A stretch of 51,363 nucleotides of DNA from Octopus sinensis (lineage: Eukaryota), in contig NW_021834151.1 in the NCBI RefSeq assembly GCF_006345805.1, positions 1-51,363 on the forward strand, written 5' to 3'. This document shows, piece by piece, positions 1-11,282 of this stretch. A program made the translations under genes and the position numbers. The notes below the pieces were generated by a model. The model saw only the letters and a program-made list of their open reading frames with translations, made no database searches and was not told where the DNA came from. Every line of letters begins with the position of its first letter. Positions within the stretch are counted from its first letter, which is position 1.

Positions 1-135
1 CTGTGTATCTTTCTGGGGGAGAGCGTAGGCTCGAAACGTAAAGACTCTTCTATCCCTAAGCGCTATACTAATACATTTGTTTGTTTGTACTCCACCTGCC
101 TTCGTCTTTTGTTTATTTTCGTAAACTTTCCATTT
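1..135 (+). mobile_element. 3' part of short interspersed repeat family C (PLE-terminal-like), ending in (TA)n
   Basis: GAGCGTAGGCTCGAAACGT...CCACCTGCCTTCGTCTTTTGTTTATTTTCGTAAACTTTCC recurs at 15099-15300 (+), 26675-26851 (-), 32620-32794 (+) and partially at ~8290-8380; copies abut (TA)n. Confidence 0.7.
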
Positions 136-138
136 TAT

Positions 139-176
<38 letters not shown>

Positions 177-325
177 ATATATAGAGGCATTATACATACA
201 TGCCAGAGGGCATTATACATACATGCCACACGCTAAGAGGGACAATTAGTCATTTCTTCTACCAACAAAAATTTTACTCATCCCACCGAATGCAATTGTT
301 TCAAAGTAAGACATTTAAAAATATA

Positions 326-370
326 GACTTGATCACTGTGATTTCATACCTCTGTATTCATCAGCAAGCC
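326..370 (-). ncRNA. Type I hammerhead ribozyme (array copy 1; cleavage-site nucleotide missing)
   Basis: Reverse complement reads GGCUUG-CUGAUGA-AUAC/agag/GUAU-GAAA-UCAcagUGA-U-CAAGUC; one base shorter than copy 3 at H17. Confidence 0.7.
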
Positions 371-793
371 TGGACGTATCATAAATAAACGACCCTGCCT
401 CGCTTAAGCCGAGCAGCTAACTGGTCAACATCAACGAAGCACATGGGTGAGTTTACATATATTACATCCGGTAAATGGCAGACTTTTACGAATTGCATTT
501 CGGGAAAGGAAAAGTTTTTTCGGAAATAAATTTGCAATTAAGGACAACTACTTAATAAGGAAAACTTAACAAGAAATTGTCAGGTAGATAGCGTGAAAGA
601 CCTCACAATAGAAAAAATTTCGAAAATAATTATTTCTTATGGAACATATTATTTATATATAGAGGGCATATACATACATGCCATAGGGCATTATACATAC
701 ATTCCCACGCTAAGAGGACAATTAGTCATTTCTACCAAAAATTTTACTCATCCCACCGAATGCATTTTTTAAAGTAAGACATTTAAAAATATA

Positions 794-838
794 GACTTGT
801 ATCACTGTGATTTCATACTCTGTATTCATCAGCAAGCC
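794..838 (-). ncRNA. Type I hammerhead ribozyme (array copy 2)
   Basis: Same fold as 1207-1252, with a 1-nt shorter stem II loop. Confidence 0.75.
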
Positions 839-1206
839 TGGACGTATCATAAATAACGACCCTGCCTCTCTTAAGCCCGACAGCTAACTGGTCAACATCA
901 ACGAAGCACATGGGTGAGTTTACATATAATTATTACATATAATAATTATTTTCGAAATTTTTTCTCTTATGAGGTCTTTCACGCTATCTACCTGACAATT
1001 TCTTGTTAAGTTTTCCTTATTAAGTAGTTGTCTTTAATTGCTAAATTTTTATTCCGAAAAAACTTTTCCTTTCCCGAAATGCAATTCGTAAAAGTCTGCC
1101 ATTTACCGGATGTAATATATGTAAACTCACCCATGTGCTTCGTTGATGTTGACCAGTTAGCTGCTCGGCTTAAGCGAGGCAGGGTCGTTTATTTATGATA
1201 CGTCCA

Positions 1207-1252
1207 GGCTTGCTGATGAATACAGAGGTATGAAATCACAGTGATACAAGTC
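1207..1252 (+). ncRNA. Type I hammerhead ribozyme, intact core (array copy 3)
   Basis: Stem I GGCUUG/CAAGUC (6 bp), CUGAUGA 1213-1219, stem II AUAC-agag-GUAU, GAAA 1232-1235, stem III A-UCA-cag-UGA-U, predicted cleavage after AUA at 1246. Confidence 0.85.
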
Positions 1253-1515
1253 TATATTTTTAAATGTCTTACTTTGAAAAATTGCATTCGGTGGGATGAG
1301 TAAAATTTTTGGTAGAAATGACTAATTGTCCCTCTTAGCGTGTGGCATGTATGTATAATGCCCTCTGGCATGTATGTATAATGCCCTCTATATATAAATT
1401 AATATGTTCAATAAGAAATAATTATTTTCGAAATTTTTTCTCTTATGAGGTCTTTCACGCTATCTACCTACAATTTCTTGTTAAGTTTTCCTTATTAAGT
1501 AGTTGTCCTTAATTG

Positions 1516-1516
<1 letters not shown>

Positions 1517-1589
<73 letters not shown>

Positions 1590-1615
1590 ATATATATATA
1601 GATATATACATGTCA
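1517..1615. repeat. (TA)n microsatellite
   Basis: Direct reading. Confidence 0.95.
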
Positions 1616-1639
1616 TATCTATTCAGACTGTTATTATTT

Positions 1640-1950
1640 ACAGTCATGGCTCTATATTTTGGAAATTAGGATATCAGCCATGCCTCCTAGTGTGTTTATC
1701 AAAACGTGGATGAAAGTGGCACATCGTGTGAAGCTGAATGGGCACAATTTGCTCAGGGGATGTTTTCTGAGGATGACACTTCCTATAGCTTCGTAACAAC
1801 AGAGTTACCCAGCTCTTTTGGGGTTGGTAGTTCCCCGAATCACCCGAGGTGGACAGGCTTATTAGTGAGGATTTTATTCATTTACCCGCTTTTTTTCTGG
1901 ATTTTATTGTATCTTCTGTTATATCCTTATTGCTGATATTTGTCTTTTGA
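1640..1950 (-). pseudogene. Possible degenerate Penelope-like RT C-terminal fragment
   Basis: Minus frame gives ...RKCHPQKTSPEQIVPIQLHTMCHFHPRFDKHTRRHG*YP, loosely like the PLE CHP...GYP motif spacing; stops present. Confidence 0.25.
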
Positions 1951-2127
1951 TCGATGTTAAACTTCGACCTTGTGTGTGTATGCATGTGCATGTATGTGCA
2001 TATTTGTGTGCCCGTGTGTCTGTGTGTGTATGTGTGTTTCTTCTTACCTTGCACACTATAATCCCTTCCTATGTTTTGTTCACAATTTTCAGCCCTTCTG
2101 GAGCCATTTTAGTTTATTCATCCTCGT

Positions 2128-2277
2128 TTATTCAGCCTTGTTTACCAACCACATGGTCCCGGTTTCAGTCCCACTGCGTGGCACCCTGGGCAAGTGTCTT
2201 CTACTATAGCCTCGGGCCGACCAAAGCCTTGTGAGTGGATTTGGTAGACGGAAACTGAAAAAAGCCCGTCGTATATG

Positions 2278-2322
<45 letters not shown>

Positions 2323-2567
2323 TATATTATATATGCATGTGTGTGTGTTAGTGTGTCTGTGTTTGTCCCCCTAGCATTGCTTGACAACCGATGCTGGTCT
2401 GTTTATGTCTCCGTTACTTAGCGGTTCGGCAAAAGATACCGATAGAATAAGTACTGGGCTTACAAAAGAATAAGTCCCGGGGTCTAGTTGCTCGACTAAA
2501 GGCGGTGCTCCAGCATGGCCGCAGTCAGATGACTGAAACAAGTAAAAGAGTAAAAGAGTAAAGAGTA
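2128..2567 (+). mobile_element. SINE family B (tRNA-like head, CCTTGGGCAAG core, internal microsatellite, (TAAAAGAG)n tail)
   Basis: Many near-identical copies in the window; B-box-like GGTTCAGTCCC; tail AAGGCGGTGCTCCAGCATGGCCGCAGTC..ATGACTGAAACAAGTAAAAGAG. Confidence 0.85.
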
Positions 2568-2732
2568 ACTACAAACTGATTGAGAGAGCTACGGCTTTCA
2601 TTGACAACATTTCTTTACGTTTCTCGAAAAACTCCACAACGTATTGTCTTTGATGCTCAGCCAATTCCCTCATTAACCTGTGGAGTGTGACCATCCCATC
2701 GTTTTTCTTCAAACACTAAGCTCAATTAATCC

Positions 2733-3152
2733 ATACTCTTTACTCTTTTACTCTTTTACTTGTTTCAGTCACTTGACTGCGGCCATGCTGGTGCACCGCC
2801 TTTAGTCGAGCAAATCGACCCCGGGACTTATTCTTTGTAAGCCCAGTACTTATTCTATCGGTCTCTTTTGCCGAACCGCTAACTGACGGGGACGTAAACA
2901 CACCAGCATCGGTTGTCAAGCAATGCTAGGGGGACAAACACACACACACAAACAAACACATATACATACATATATATATATACATATATACGACAGGCTT
3001 CTTTCATTTTCCGTCTATCAAATCCACTCACAAGGCATTGGTTGGCCCGGGGCTATAGCAGAAGACACTTGCCCAAGATGTCACGCAGTGGGACTGAACC
3101 CGGAACCATGTGGTTGGTTAGCAAGCTACTTACCACAGAGCCACTCCTGCGC
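2733..3152 (-). mobile_element. SINE family B, near full length
   Basis: Reverse complement of the 2128-2567 copy, including head GGCGCAGGAGTGGCT. Confidence 0.85.
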
Positions 3153-3283
3153 CATGTATTTATTTTTTAAGGCTATAGGCTGTAATTTGAGAGACATTTA
3201 GTTGCTATTTCTAATATATTCAGCGATCACATCTCGGAGCGCTTATTGGTCAGACCTAGTATAAATACGCATATGTGTGTTCA

Positions 3284-3482
3284 GTTCATCTATCCTCATT
3301 TACCACTGATGCATTTATCGCTGATCCCGGGTACCGCGGTAGGCTCAATTGTGAAACGTGTAACGCTTATCACGAATTGATCTGCGATTACACGGGTCGA
3401 CGATCTGTCTAAGATTCTGTTTGGGTTGAAAAAATGCGCTTCAGCTACCTTCCATAATGTTCAGAACAATGTGGGATCTGGG
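3284..3482. repeat. ~190-bp dispersed repeat, copy 1 (copy 2 at 5129-5307)
   Basis: GTTCATCTATCCTC...GATTACACGGGTCGACGATCT...AACAATGTGGGATCTGGG shared between the two loci. Confidence 0.8.
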
Positions 3483-3894
3483 AATGAAAACTATTTTCTC
3501 CCTGTATGTTCTATTATTCATTTAGTACTGATTCATTTAACACGGCGTTTATTTATTTATTTTTTTAAGCAAATATTCGTGATAAACGAAGATAGATGAA
3601 TATTTCTCTATGGCCTGACTTGAGATAATTAATTAGTTTATTGATGAATTTTTTTTATTTGTATTATTTCACGGATGACTTCTATTGTATTCCAACCTGT
3701 AAAGTGGGGTACGGTGTGAGGTAGGTGTACATTTCGTGAAGAAAGCGTAAAAACCAATTAAAATACTGAAATTGTCTTAATTATAACTGCTATCAATATG
3801 ACTACAAAATTGAATTAAGGCATAAATTTTTTAATAAACGCGGAAATGCCTTTCGATAAATCCATATATCCTCAGGTTTGTGCATGTGTGAATA

Positions 3895-3928
<34 letters not shown>

Positions 3929-4282
3929 GGGGGGAAAGAGAGAAAGAAAGAGAAATGATAAAGAGAGAGTCACTAACTGAGAGTGTGAATTTAATTTTAG
4001 TTATTATTATGTGTTTCTGCCTTCTATTAAATTTTAATCAAAATTGTTAATTATTCTCTTTTTCCTCCATTATTTTAGTTTCCAATTCAAAACATTTCGT
4101 ATGTGCACCGCCTCAGTTAATTAACGGAAAATGACGGATGAGTCGTGTTTCAGGTTCCATTCCCCCGTCTTTTCCAGTTCGCTTATTTTAAGCCGCGTGT
4201 CTCCTTTTCAAGGACATAATCATCGCACACATCCTCTCTTTCTATTTGAATCCTTTTATAATCCTTTTTAACTCGCTATTTC

Positions 4283-4700
4283 TTATTTCTTTATTGCCTA
4301 AATGGGGGATTAACATAGAGGGGACAAACAAGGACAGACAAACGGATTAAGTCGATTACATCGACCCCAGTGCGTAACTGGTACTTAATTTATCGACCCC
4401 GAAAGGATGAACGGCACAGTCGACCTCGGCAGAATTTGAACTCAGAACGTAGCGGCAGACGAAATACCTATTTCTTTATTACCCACAAGGGGCTAAATAT
4501 AGAGGGGACAAACAAGGACAGACAAACGGATTAAGTCGATTACATCGACCCCAGTGCGTAACTGGTACTTATTTAATCGACCCTGAAAGGATGAAAGGCA
4601 AAGTCGACCTCGGCGGAATTTGAACTCACAACATAACGGCGGACGAAATACCGCGAAGCATTTCGCCCGGCGTGCTAACGTTCCTGCCAGCTCACCGCCT
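4283..4700 (-). mobile_element. SINE family A array (head-core-tailA-core-tailA)
   Basis: Reverse complement of GGCGGCGAGCTGGCAGAA head, core GTTCTGAGTTCAAATTCCGCCGAGGTCGACTTTGCCTTTCATCCTTTCGGGGTCGATAAATTAAGTACC, two tail-A copies. Confidence 0.9.
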
Positions 4701-4789
4701 TTTCCTCGCTAGTTCTTTGAAGTAATTTACTAATCCGTACATTCATACTGATTTCAAATTTTGGCACGAGACCAGCAATAATGGGTCAG

Positions 4790-4970
4790 TGGCTGGAGAA
4801 GAGTAAGTCGATTCCAGTACTCAACTGGTACTTGATTTTATCGACCCCGAAACGATGAAAAGCAAAGTCGACCTTGACGGAATTTGAACTCAGAGTGTAA
4901 AGACGGATAAAATGCCGCCAAGCAATTTGACGAAATGCTGCGCTAACGATTCTGCCAGCTTGCCGCCTTA
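4790..4970 (-). mobile_element. SINE family A, diverged copy
   Basis: Core and head recognisable on minus strand. Confidence 0.75.
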
Positions 4971-5128
4971 TTCCACATATTGGTATAACTGTCTATCTCT
5001 GAAATATATGTGAAGACACGTCCCTGGTGGTTATGCTGTGGTCCTTATGATCGCAAGGTTGTGGTTTCGATTTCCGGACTAAACAGTGCGTTTTGTTCTT
5101 GAGAAAACACTTTATATAACATGGTTTG

Positions 5129-5307
5129 GTTCATCTATCCTCGTTTATCACTGATGCATTTATCGCTGTACGCTAAATTGTGAAGCGTGTAACGCTAATC
5201 ACGAATTCGTCTGTGATTACACGGGTCGACGATCTAAGATTCTGTTTGGGTTGCAAACAAGCGTTTCAGCAGCCATCCATAATGTTCTGAACAATGTGGG
5301 ATCTGGG
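5129..5307. repeat. ~180-bp dispersed repeat, copy 2
   Basis: Homologous to 3284-3482. Confidence 0.8.
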
Positions 5308-5605
5308 CAAGAAACCCAGCCAGGAATTGCCATCCCGTTCAGGTGGAATGTTATGATCTTAGTCATTTATACGTCATGGTAACTGGACTCAATGCCGTAA
5401 TGTCCGAGGAACTTTTTATATTGTCGCCGAATGCGAGGGGATAAGGCTAATCGATATAAGTCCTTCAACTAAAGTCGAAAATATATAAAAATATAATATA
5501 TATTATTATACTTTGGGACGGTCATTTTTTTGCCAATGGAACACACGCACTGTATATTTGATTTTCACTTTAGCTTTTATTCGCATTATTTTTAGTTTAC
5601 ACGTC

Positions 5606-5650
5606 TGTCAAAGTTCTTTCGTCACACATTCTGTGACCTCATCAGTGACA
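5606..5650 (-). ncRNA. Minimal type I hammerhead ribozyme (PLE-type)
   Basis: Reverse complement: UGUCA-CUGAUGA-g-GUCACA/gaaug/UGUGAC-GAAA-GAAC-U-U-UGACA; 5-bp stem I, 6-bp stem II, very short stem III. Confidence 0.7.
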
Positions 5651-5878
5651 TTCGGTCCCATGTGACAGAAGTGTAATCTAAAAACAGTTCTTTTATTTGT
5701 TTCAGTCATTTGACTGCGGCCATACTGGACCAATGCCTTCAGTCGAGCAAATCGACACGAGGACTTATTCTTTGTAAGCCTAGTGCTTATTATATCGGTC
5801 TCCACTTTAGCCATCCCCGTTACGGGAATGTAGTCACATCGATACTGGTTGTCAAGCGGTAATAGGGGACAGATATAA

Positions 5879-6109
5879 GGCGGCGAGCTGGCAGAAACGT
5901 TAGCACGTCGGACGAATTGCGTAGCCGTATTTCCTCTGCCGTTACGTTCTGAGTTCAAATTCCGCCGAGGTCGACTTTTCCTTTCATCCTTTCGGGGTCG
6001 ATTAATTAAGTACAAGTTACGCACTGGGGTCGATGTAATCGACTTAATACCTATGTCTGTCCTTGTTTGTCCCCTCTGTGTTTAGCCCCTTGTGGGTAGT
6101 AAAGTAATA
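5879..6109 (+). mobile_element. SINE family A with tail A, inserted into an old family B SINE; 21-bp TSD
   Basis: TSD GGTAATAGGGGACAGATATAA (5858-5878) / GGTAGTAGGGGACAGATATAA (6110-6130); flanks ~5695-5878 and ~6130-6240 are a diverged minus-strand SINE B. Confidence 0.9.
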
Positions 6110-6515
6110 GGTAGTAGGGGACAGATATAAAGGCTCAAACACATACACTTGCGCACGCGCGAGCACCGGTCTATTTCCGCTTTCCGTCAACCTATTCCAC
6201 TCACCGATACTATAGTTGAACACACCTGCCCAATGTACCAAACAACCTCGCCTATAAATATATATCTAAAAATATAAAAACAGAATTAGAATGCCTTTTC
6301 TGATGATTTCTTTCCCTACTTTGATGTTTAGATGTTTACAACACATTAGATGTTAAGAAATCGTATCGTGACTCCGTTGCGTGACTCTGTGATCATTCTT
6401 TGTTTCATTTTAAAAAAAGGGTCTCTGATTTGGGATCGATTTTCTTGCTTTAAATCTATTTTCAAACAATTATTTTATCAGTGTCAGATTTCCTTTAATA
6501 TAATATTGTTTTCTA

Positions 6516-7080
6516 AGGCGGTATGTTGGCAGAAAATTTGGCGGGCCAGGCAAAATGCTTGGCGGTATTTCACCTGCCGTTACGTTCTGAGTTCAAATTC
6601 CGCCGAGGTCCACTTTGCCTTTCATCCCTTCGGGATCGATAAATTAAGTACCAGTTACGCTCTGGGGTCGATATAATCGACTTAATCCGTTTGTCTGTCC
6701 TTGTTTGTCCCCTCTGTGTTTAGCCCCTTGTGGGTAGTAAAGAAATAGGTATTTTGCCTGCCGCTACGTTCTGAGTTCAAATTTCGCCGAGCTCGACTTT
6801 GCGTTTCATCCTTTCGGGGTCGATTAAATAGGTACCAGTTACGCACTGGGGTCGATATAATCGACTTAATCCGTTTGTCTATCCTTGTTTGTCCCCTCTG
6901 TATTTAGCCCCTTGTGGGTAGTAAAGAAATAGGTATTTCGTCCATCTTTACATTTTAAGATCAAATTCTGCCTTTTTCAGGCTTTAGTGGTCGCTTTTGT
7001 ACCAGTTGAATGCTAGGGTCGATGTAACAAACTTACACACCTTCCTCGAAATTGTTGGCCTAGTGACAAAATATTAGTTT
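6516..7080 (+). mobile_element. SINE family A array (old head-core-tailA-core-tailA-old core-tailB)
   Basis: Two near-consensus inner units joined by AAGAAATAGGTATTT; the head and last core are much more diverged. Confidence 0.9.
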
Positions 7081-7734
7081 TTGTCTAGGAGTTATTATGG
7101 CTGTTAGAAAGCTACACATACACACACGCACGTACACACACACACACACACATCCATATACACATACTTGTTCATATCTACGTACACACACATATATTTT
7201 AAAAAGACTGCAATAGGTCAAAATACAAAGTAAAAATCTAAAAGTGTGAAAATATAGTCCTTTTTGCAGATGGCCCTGAGGTCATCATAAATTGAGGACA
7301 AGGCTATTAATATTTCGTTTCAAGTAAAACATACACACACATCAAAATACCCATACTTATACATGAACTTAGCACACACACACAGACACATAGAAACACT
7401 CCCACATATAGTACACAATCAGAAAAGAAACTGAAGTAGGAAGGAGGTAGAATGAAGAGGAGAAAGATACAGCTGCACAACTCATACATACACTCTTACA
7501 CACATACGTAAAATCAAATGCTTATATATATATATATGTATACCCATACATATATGCTCATTTACATATTTACATACATATATATACATACACATATATA
7601 CACACACGCACACATGTACATATACGTATATATACGTATTCTTACATATATATAGTGTGTGTATATATTTATATATATATACCCACATAAATATATATTT
7701 ACATACATACATACATACACACACACATATATAT

Positions 7735-7950
7735 ATATTCTTTTATTCTCTTATTTGTTTCAGTCATTTGGCTGTGATCATGCTGGAGTACCGCCTTTAG
7801 TCGAGCAAATTCACCCCAGGACTTATAAGTTACAGGGACGTAAACACACCAGCATCGGTTGTCAAGCGATGTTGCAGGGACAAAGGTGCCACGCTGTGGG
7901 ACTGAACCCGGAACCATGGGTTTGGAAAGCAACCTACTTACAACACAGCC
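7735..7950 (-). mobile_element. SINE family B, internally deleted
   Basis: Tail and head blocks present on minus strand, centre missing. Confidence 0.75.
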
Positions 7951-8225
7951 ATATACACACACACATATATGCATATATATATATATATATATGCATATAT
8001 ATATATAATATTAAATTAGAGATAAAACCATTATTAGGCTGCTCAAACATATATATATTTAGTGTAAATATATGAGTTTATGTGCGCTCCCCGAAGACAC
8101 CTTTACAACCTGAGTAACTTTACTAGGTTACAGCAATAGTTGCACTAAATATAAACTATATTATCTAATGGGCCTTCATTCTGAGTTCAAAATACCACCA
8201 CAGTCAAGTTTGGAGCCATACTCCC

Positions 8226-8226
<1 letters not shown>

Positions 8227-8288
<62 letters not shown>
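8227..8288. repeat. (ATT)n microsatellite
   Basis: Direct reading. Confidence 0.95.
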
Positions 8289-8290
<2 letters not shown>

Positions 8291-8376
8291 TGTTTGTCTG
8301 TATTCCACCTGCCTTCGTTTTTTGTTTATTTCCGTAAACCTGCCTTCGTCTTTTGTCTATTTTCATAAAGCTTACC

Positions 8377-8399
<23 letters not shown>

Positions 8400-8441
<42 letters not shown>

Positions 8442-8689
8442 AATGGCGGTGCCCCAGCATGGCCACAGCTTGTGAGCTGAAACTAAATAAAATAAAATAA
8501 AAAATAAAATAATATATATATATATATTATAATATATATATATATATATATGTCCTATATATATATATATCCTGTTGTGTGTATATATATGTTGTGCGTG
8601 TATATATATATATATTATAATATATATATATATATATATAAATATAAAGAACATAGAAACATACACCCATGCAAATATACATACACACA

Positions 8690-8731
<42 letters not shown>

Positions 8732-8813
8732 ATAAAGGCGGTGCCCCAGCATGGCCACAGCTTGTGAGCTGAAACTAAATAAAATAAAAAATAAAAATAT
8801 AAAATAATATATA

Positions 8814-8852
<39 letters not shown>

Positions 8853-8960
8853 TGTGTGTATATATATGTGTGTGCGTTGTATATATATATTATATATATA
8901 TATATATATATAATATGCATAGAAACATACACCCATGCAAATATACATACACATACACAT
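8400..8960. repeat. ~290-bp tandem duplication containing a SINE-B-like tail fragment and (TA)n
   Basis: GGCGGTGCCCCAGCATGGCCACAGCTTGTGAGCTGAAACTAAATAAAATAAAA at ~8445 and ~8737; CATAGAAACATACACCCATGCAAATATACATACAC at ~8652 and ~8918. Confidence 0.8.
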
Positions 8961-10049
8961 ATTCGCATAAGCACATATACACAAGAACTTGCCCAGAAGC
9001 ACACACAGTGATAAATCGCGCGCGCACGTAAACTCATAGAAGCATTCACACATACGCACATTCACAGAATCAATCACGCACACACGAATACATATACTCA
9101 CAAAAAGACTTTCTCTCCCCGCCCCACCCCCCACATAATCTAAAAAAAATGTTCACGCATTGTCTAAATAAACACTAGCTAAAATGTTTTTCGTTTTATG
9201 ATTAATTCATAATTTAAACTCGTTTTTAAAAATGACAGCTATAATGACATGATGTTGTTCCTTTGTTTAACGGCTTATGATTCAGTTTGTAATACAGGAT
9301 GCAGCAGAAACATCCTCTACAATCACTAAATCGCTTCAATAGCAAGCGCAACTGCGCCGCAATCCAAACTATTATGGTAACTGAAAAAACGTTCCCTGAA
9401 GACACCTTTACCACCTGCGCAACTTCACTAGGTTACAGCAATAGTTGCACTAAATATAGGGTGTTTTTCTTTTGCACTCTGTATAATCAGTATTTCATTT
9501 CCCTCCTGTTGTATGCAATGCAGAGAAAACTATGTTATCTAATGCACCGTTATTCTGAGTTCAAAATACCACCGCGGTAAACTTTGCCTTTCATACGCTC
9601 GGGGTCTATAAAATAAATACCAGTTGAGCACTGGCTCGATGTAATCGACTTCACACTCTCCCAATTGCAAGTATATAGTAAAAAGAATTATCATTTGTGT
9701 CCATTTCAATACTACGAAGGCGCACTTAGAGAAAACATGACGTGGTAATGGTGCAAGAAATTCTTTCAGTTTTATATCACAAGAAAGTTCGTAGAACATC
9801 AGTAAATTGCCGAGGGGAAGAGAAAGTCTATCTTTACGGGATCTTGCCTTTCAACACGAAGAGAAAAAATAAAAACAAACAAACTAAAGGTACACTTTCT
9901 ACGATTTTTCCTTGAAGATTAAGTATTGCAGACATATCATTCGATTTAGTTTTTTTTTCTTTCAAATAAAAAAGTGTACTGCTATTTCAAACTTCAAACA
10001 TAAGTCTGATTTATATATAGTCACACACATGCAAACACACGCATATATA

Positions 10050-10094
<45 letters not shown>

Positions 10095-11282
10095 CGTGTG
10101 TGTGTGTTATACAGTTTATAGAATTGAGTATACAAAACCAACAATTTTGAGCTGAAGATGGAAATCGATATTATCAACATGATTCCTTGCTTGATGTTTT
10201 ATTTTATCTGCAAATGTTATCGCGGCAATACTTGAACTGAGAACCTAAAATCAGGATAAATGTCGCTTAGCATCTTGTCCGGCATACTTATTATTCTACC
10301 AGCTTGCCGCCTTAATAAATATATATTACTAAAAAGTACAGCTGGTCAATGTTGAGAAAAACACTAATTTCGTTTAAAAATTGGTTTGAAGTTCAATCCA
10401 AAAATAAAGCTTAAATACTACAATTGGAAATGATAGAGATTAAACATTTGCGCGTTAAAAAAAATGTCTAAGAAGAGGAAAGATGTTAAAGAAAATTGAC
10501 ATTTGAATACATATGTATATATTTGAATATATTAGAAGGTTTGGAGATGATGTACAGGTATTTTATATTAGAAGAAATGAGGTACTCAGAAATTCGGATG
10601 GTTTTATATTTACAGATATATATTTGTATATTACATGTTTTTATACATCACATAACTTATATCATATATCATATATTAGCGCTTTCCTTCATTCTGGTGG
10701 ATTTTTCAAATTGAATATATATATATATATATATTATATATATACATTTCTTAAAAGATAACATTATTTGAGAAAATGCCTTTATCATGATGCAGAAGAA
10801 ATCATACACCTCTATTTATTTGACTCTGTAAAGATATCAGGTATTAGACCAGCCAGAAAATTTTCAGAAAAATATACAAAACCAAACAATATGAAGTTTG
10901 AGAAGTCAATCAATCTATATTAATTAATTGCAGAGTAATCTTTAGTAATCAAGACAGTTAATGACAGCTGAAAATTGACTTGTCAAGACGGCTTTCAAAT
11001 TTGAGGCTAATATTTTTTGTTTTAAATTAAAATGTGACTCAAATAATCAATCATTTCATACAAATTTCAATTACTGTGGTGTGATCGGGATATAATTTAT
11101 TGTAACTATGCTGTATATGGTGGGGGAAATGCTATTATAAAACAGTTATATTTATGGTATGACTTGATCAAGATATGAAAGCTAGAAATAATTTTCGTTA
11201 ATTAATTAGTGATTTAAAGGTAGAATCGTTAGCACACCGGGAAAAATGCTTAGCGGTACTTTGTCCGTTTTTATGTTCTCAG

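Larger units (their letters stand above)
182..1515. repeat. Tandem plus inverted array of a ~470-bp unit, each unit carrying a hammerhead ribozyme
   Basis: Unit 182-~655 is followed by partial copy ~660-925, then reverse-complement copies ~941-1400 and ~1400-1515. Period is 468 bp (326 vs 794) and 476 bp (941 vs 1417). Bounded by (TA)n on both sides. Confidence 0.9.

Noticed and set aside
900-960. Simple fold-back (mirror) sequencing artefact as the explanation of the 182-1515 array
   Set aside because: The right arm is not the mirror of the left: it restarts at the unit end rather than at 925. A more complex assembly error cannot be excluded without reads.
3322-3345. GATCCCGGGTACCGCGG resembling a cloning polylinker (SmaI-KpnI-SacII)
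   Set aside because: Only ~17 bp, inside a genomic repeat whose paralogue lacks it, with no vector sequence around; treated as a chance palindromic insertion.
9299-9414. Kunitz-like (NRFNSKRNC) or Ulp1-like (NSLDCG) motifs
   Set aside because: Isolated short matches without the rest of either domain.
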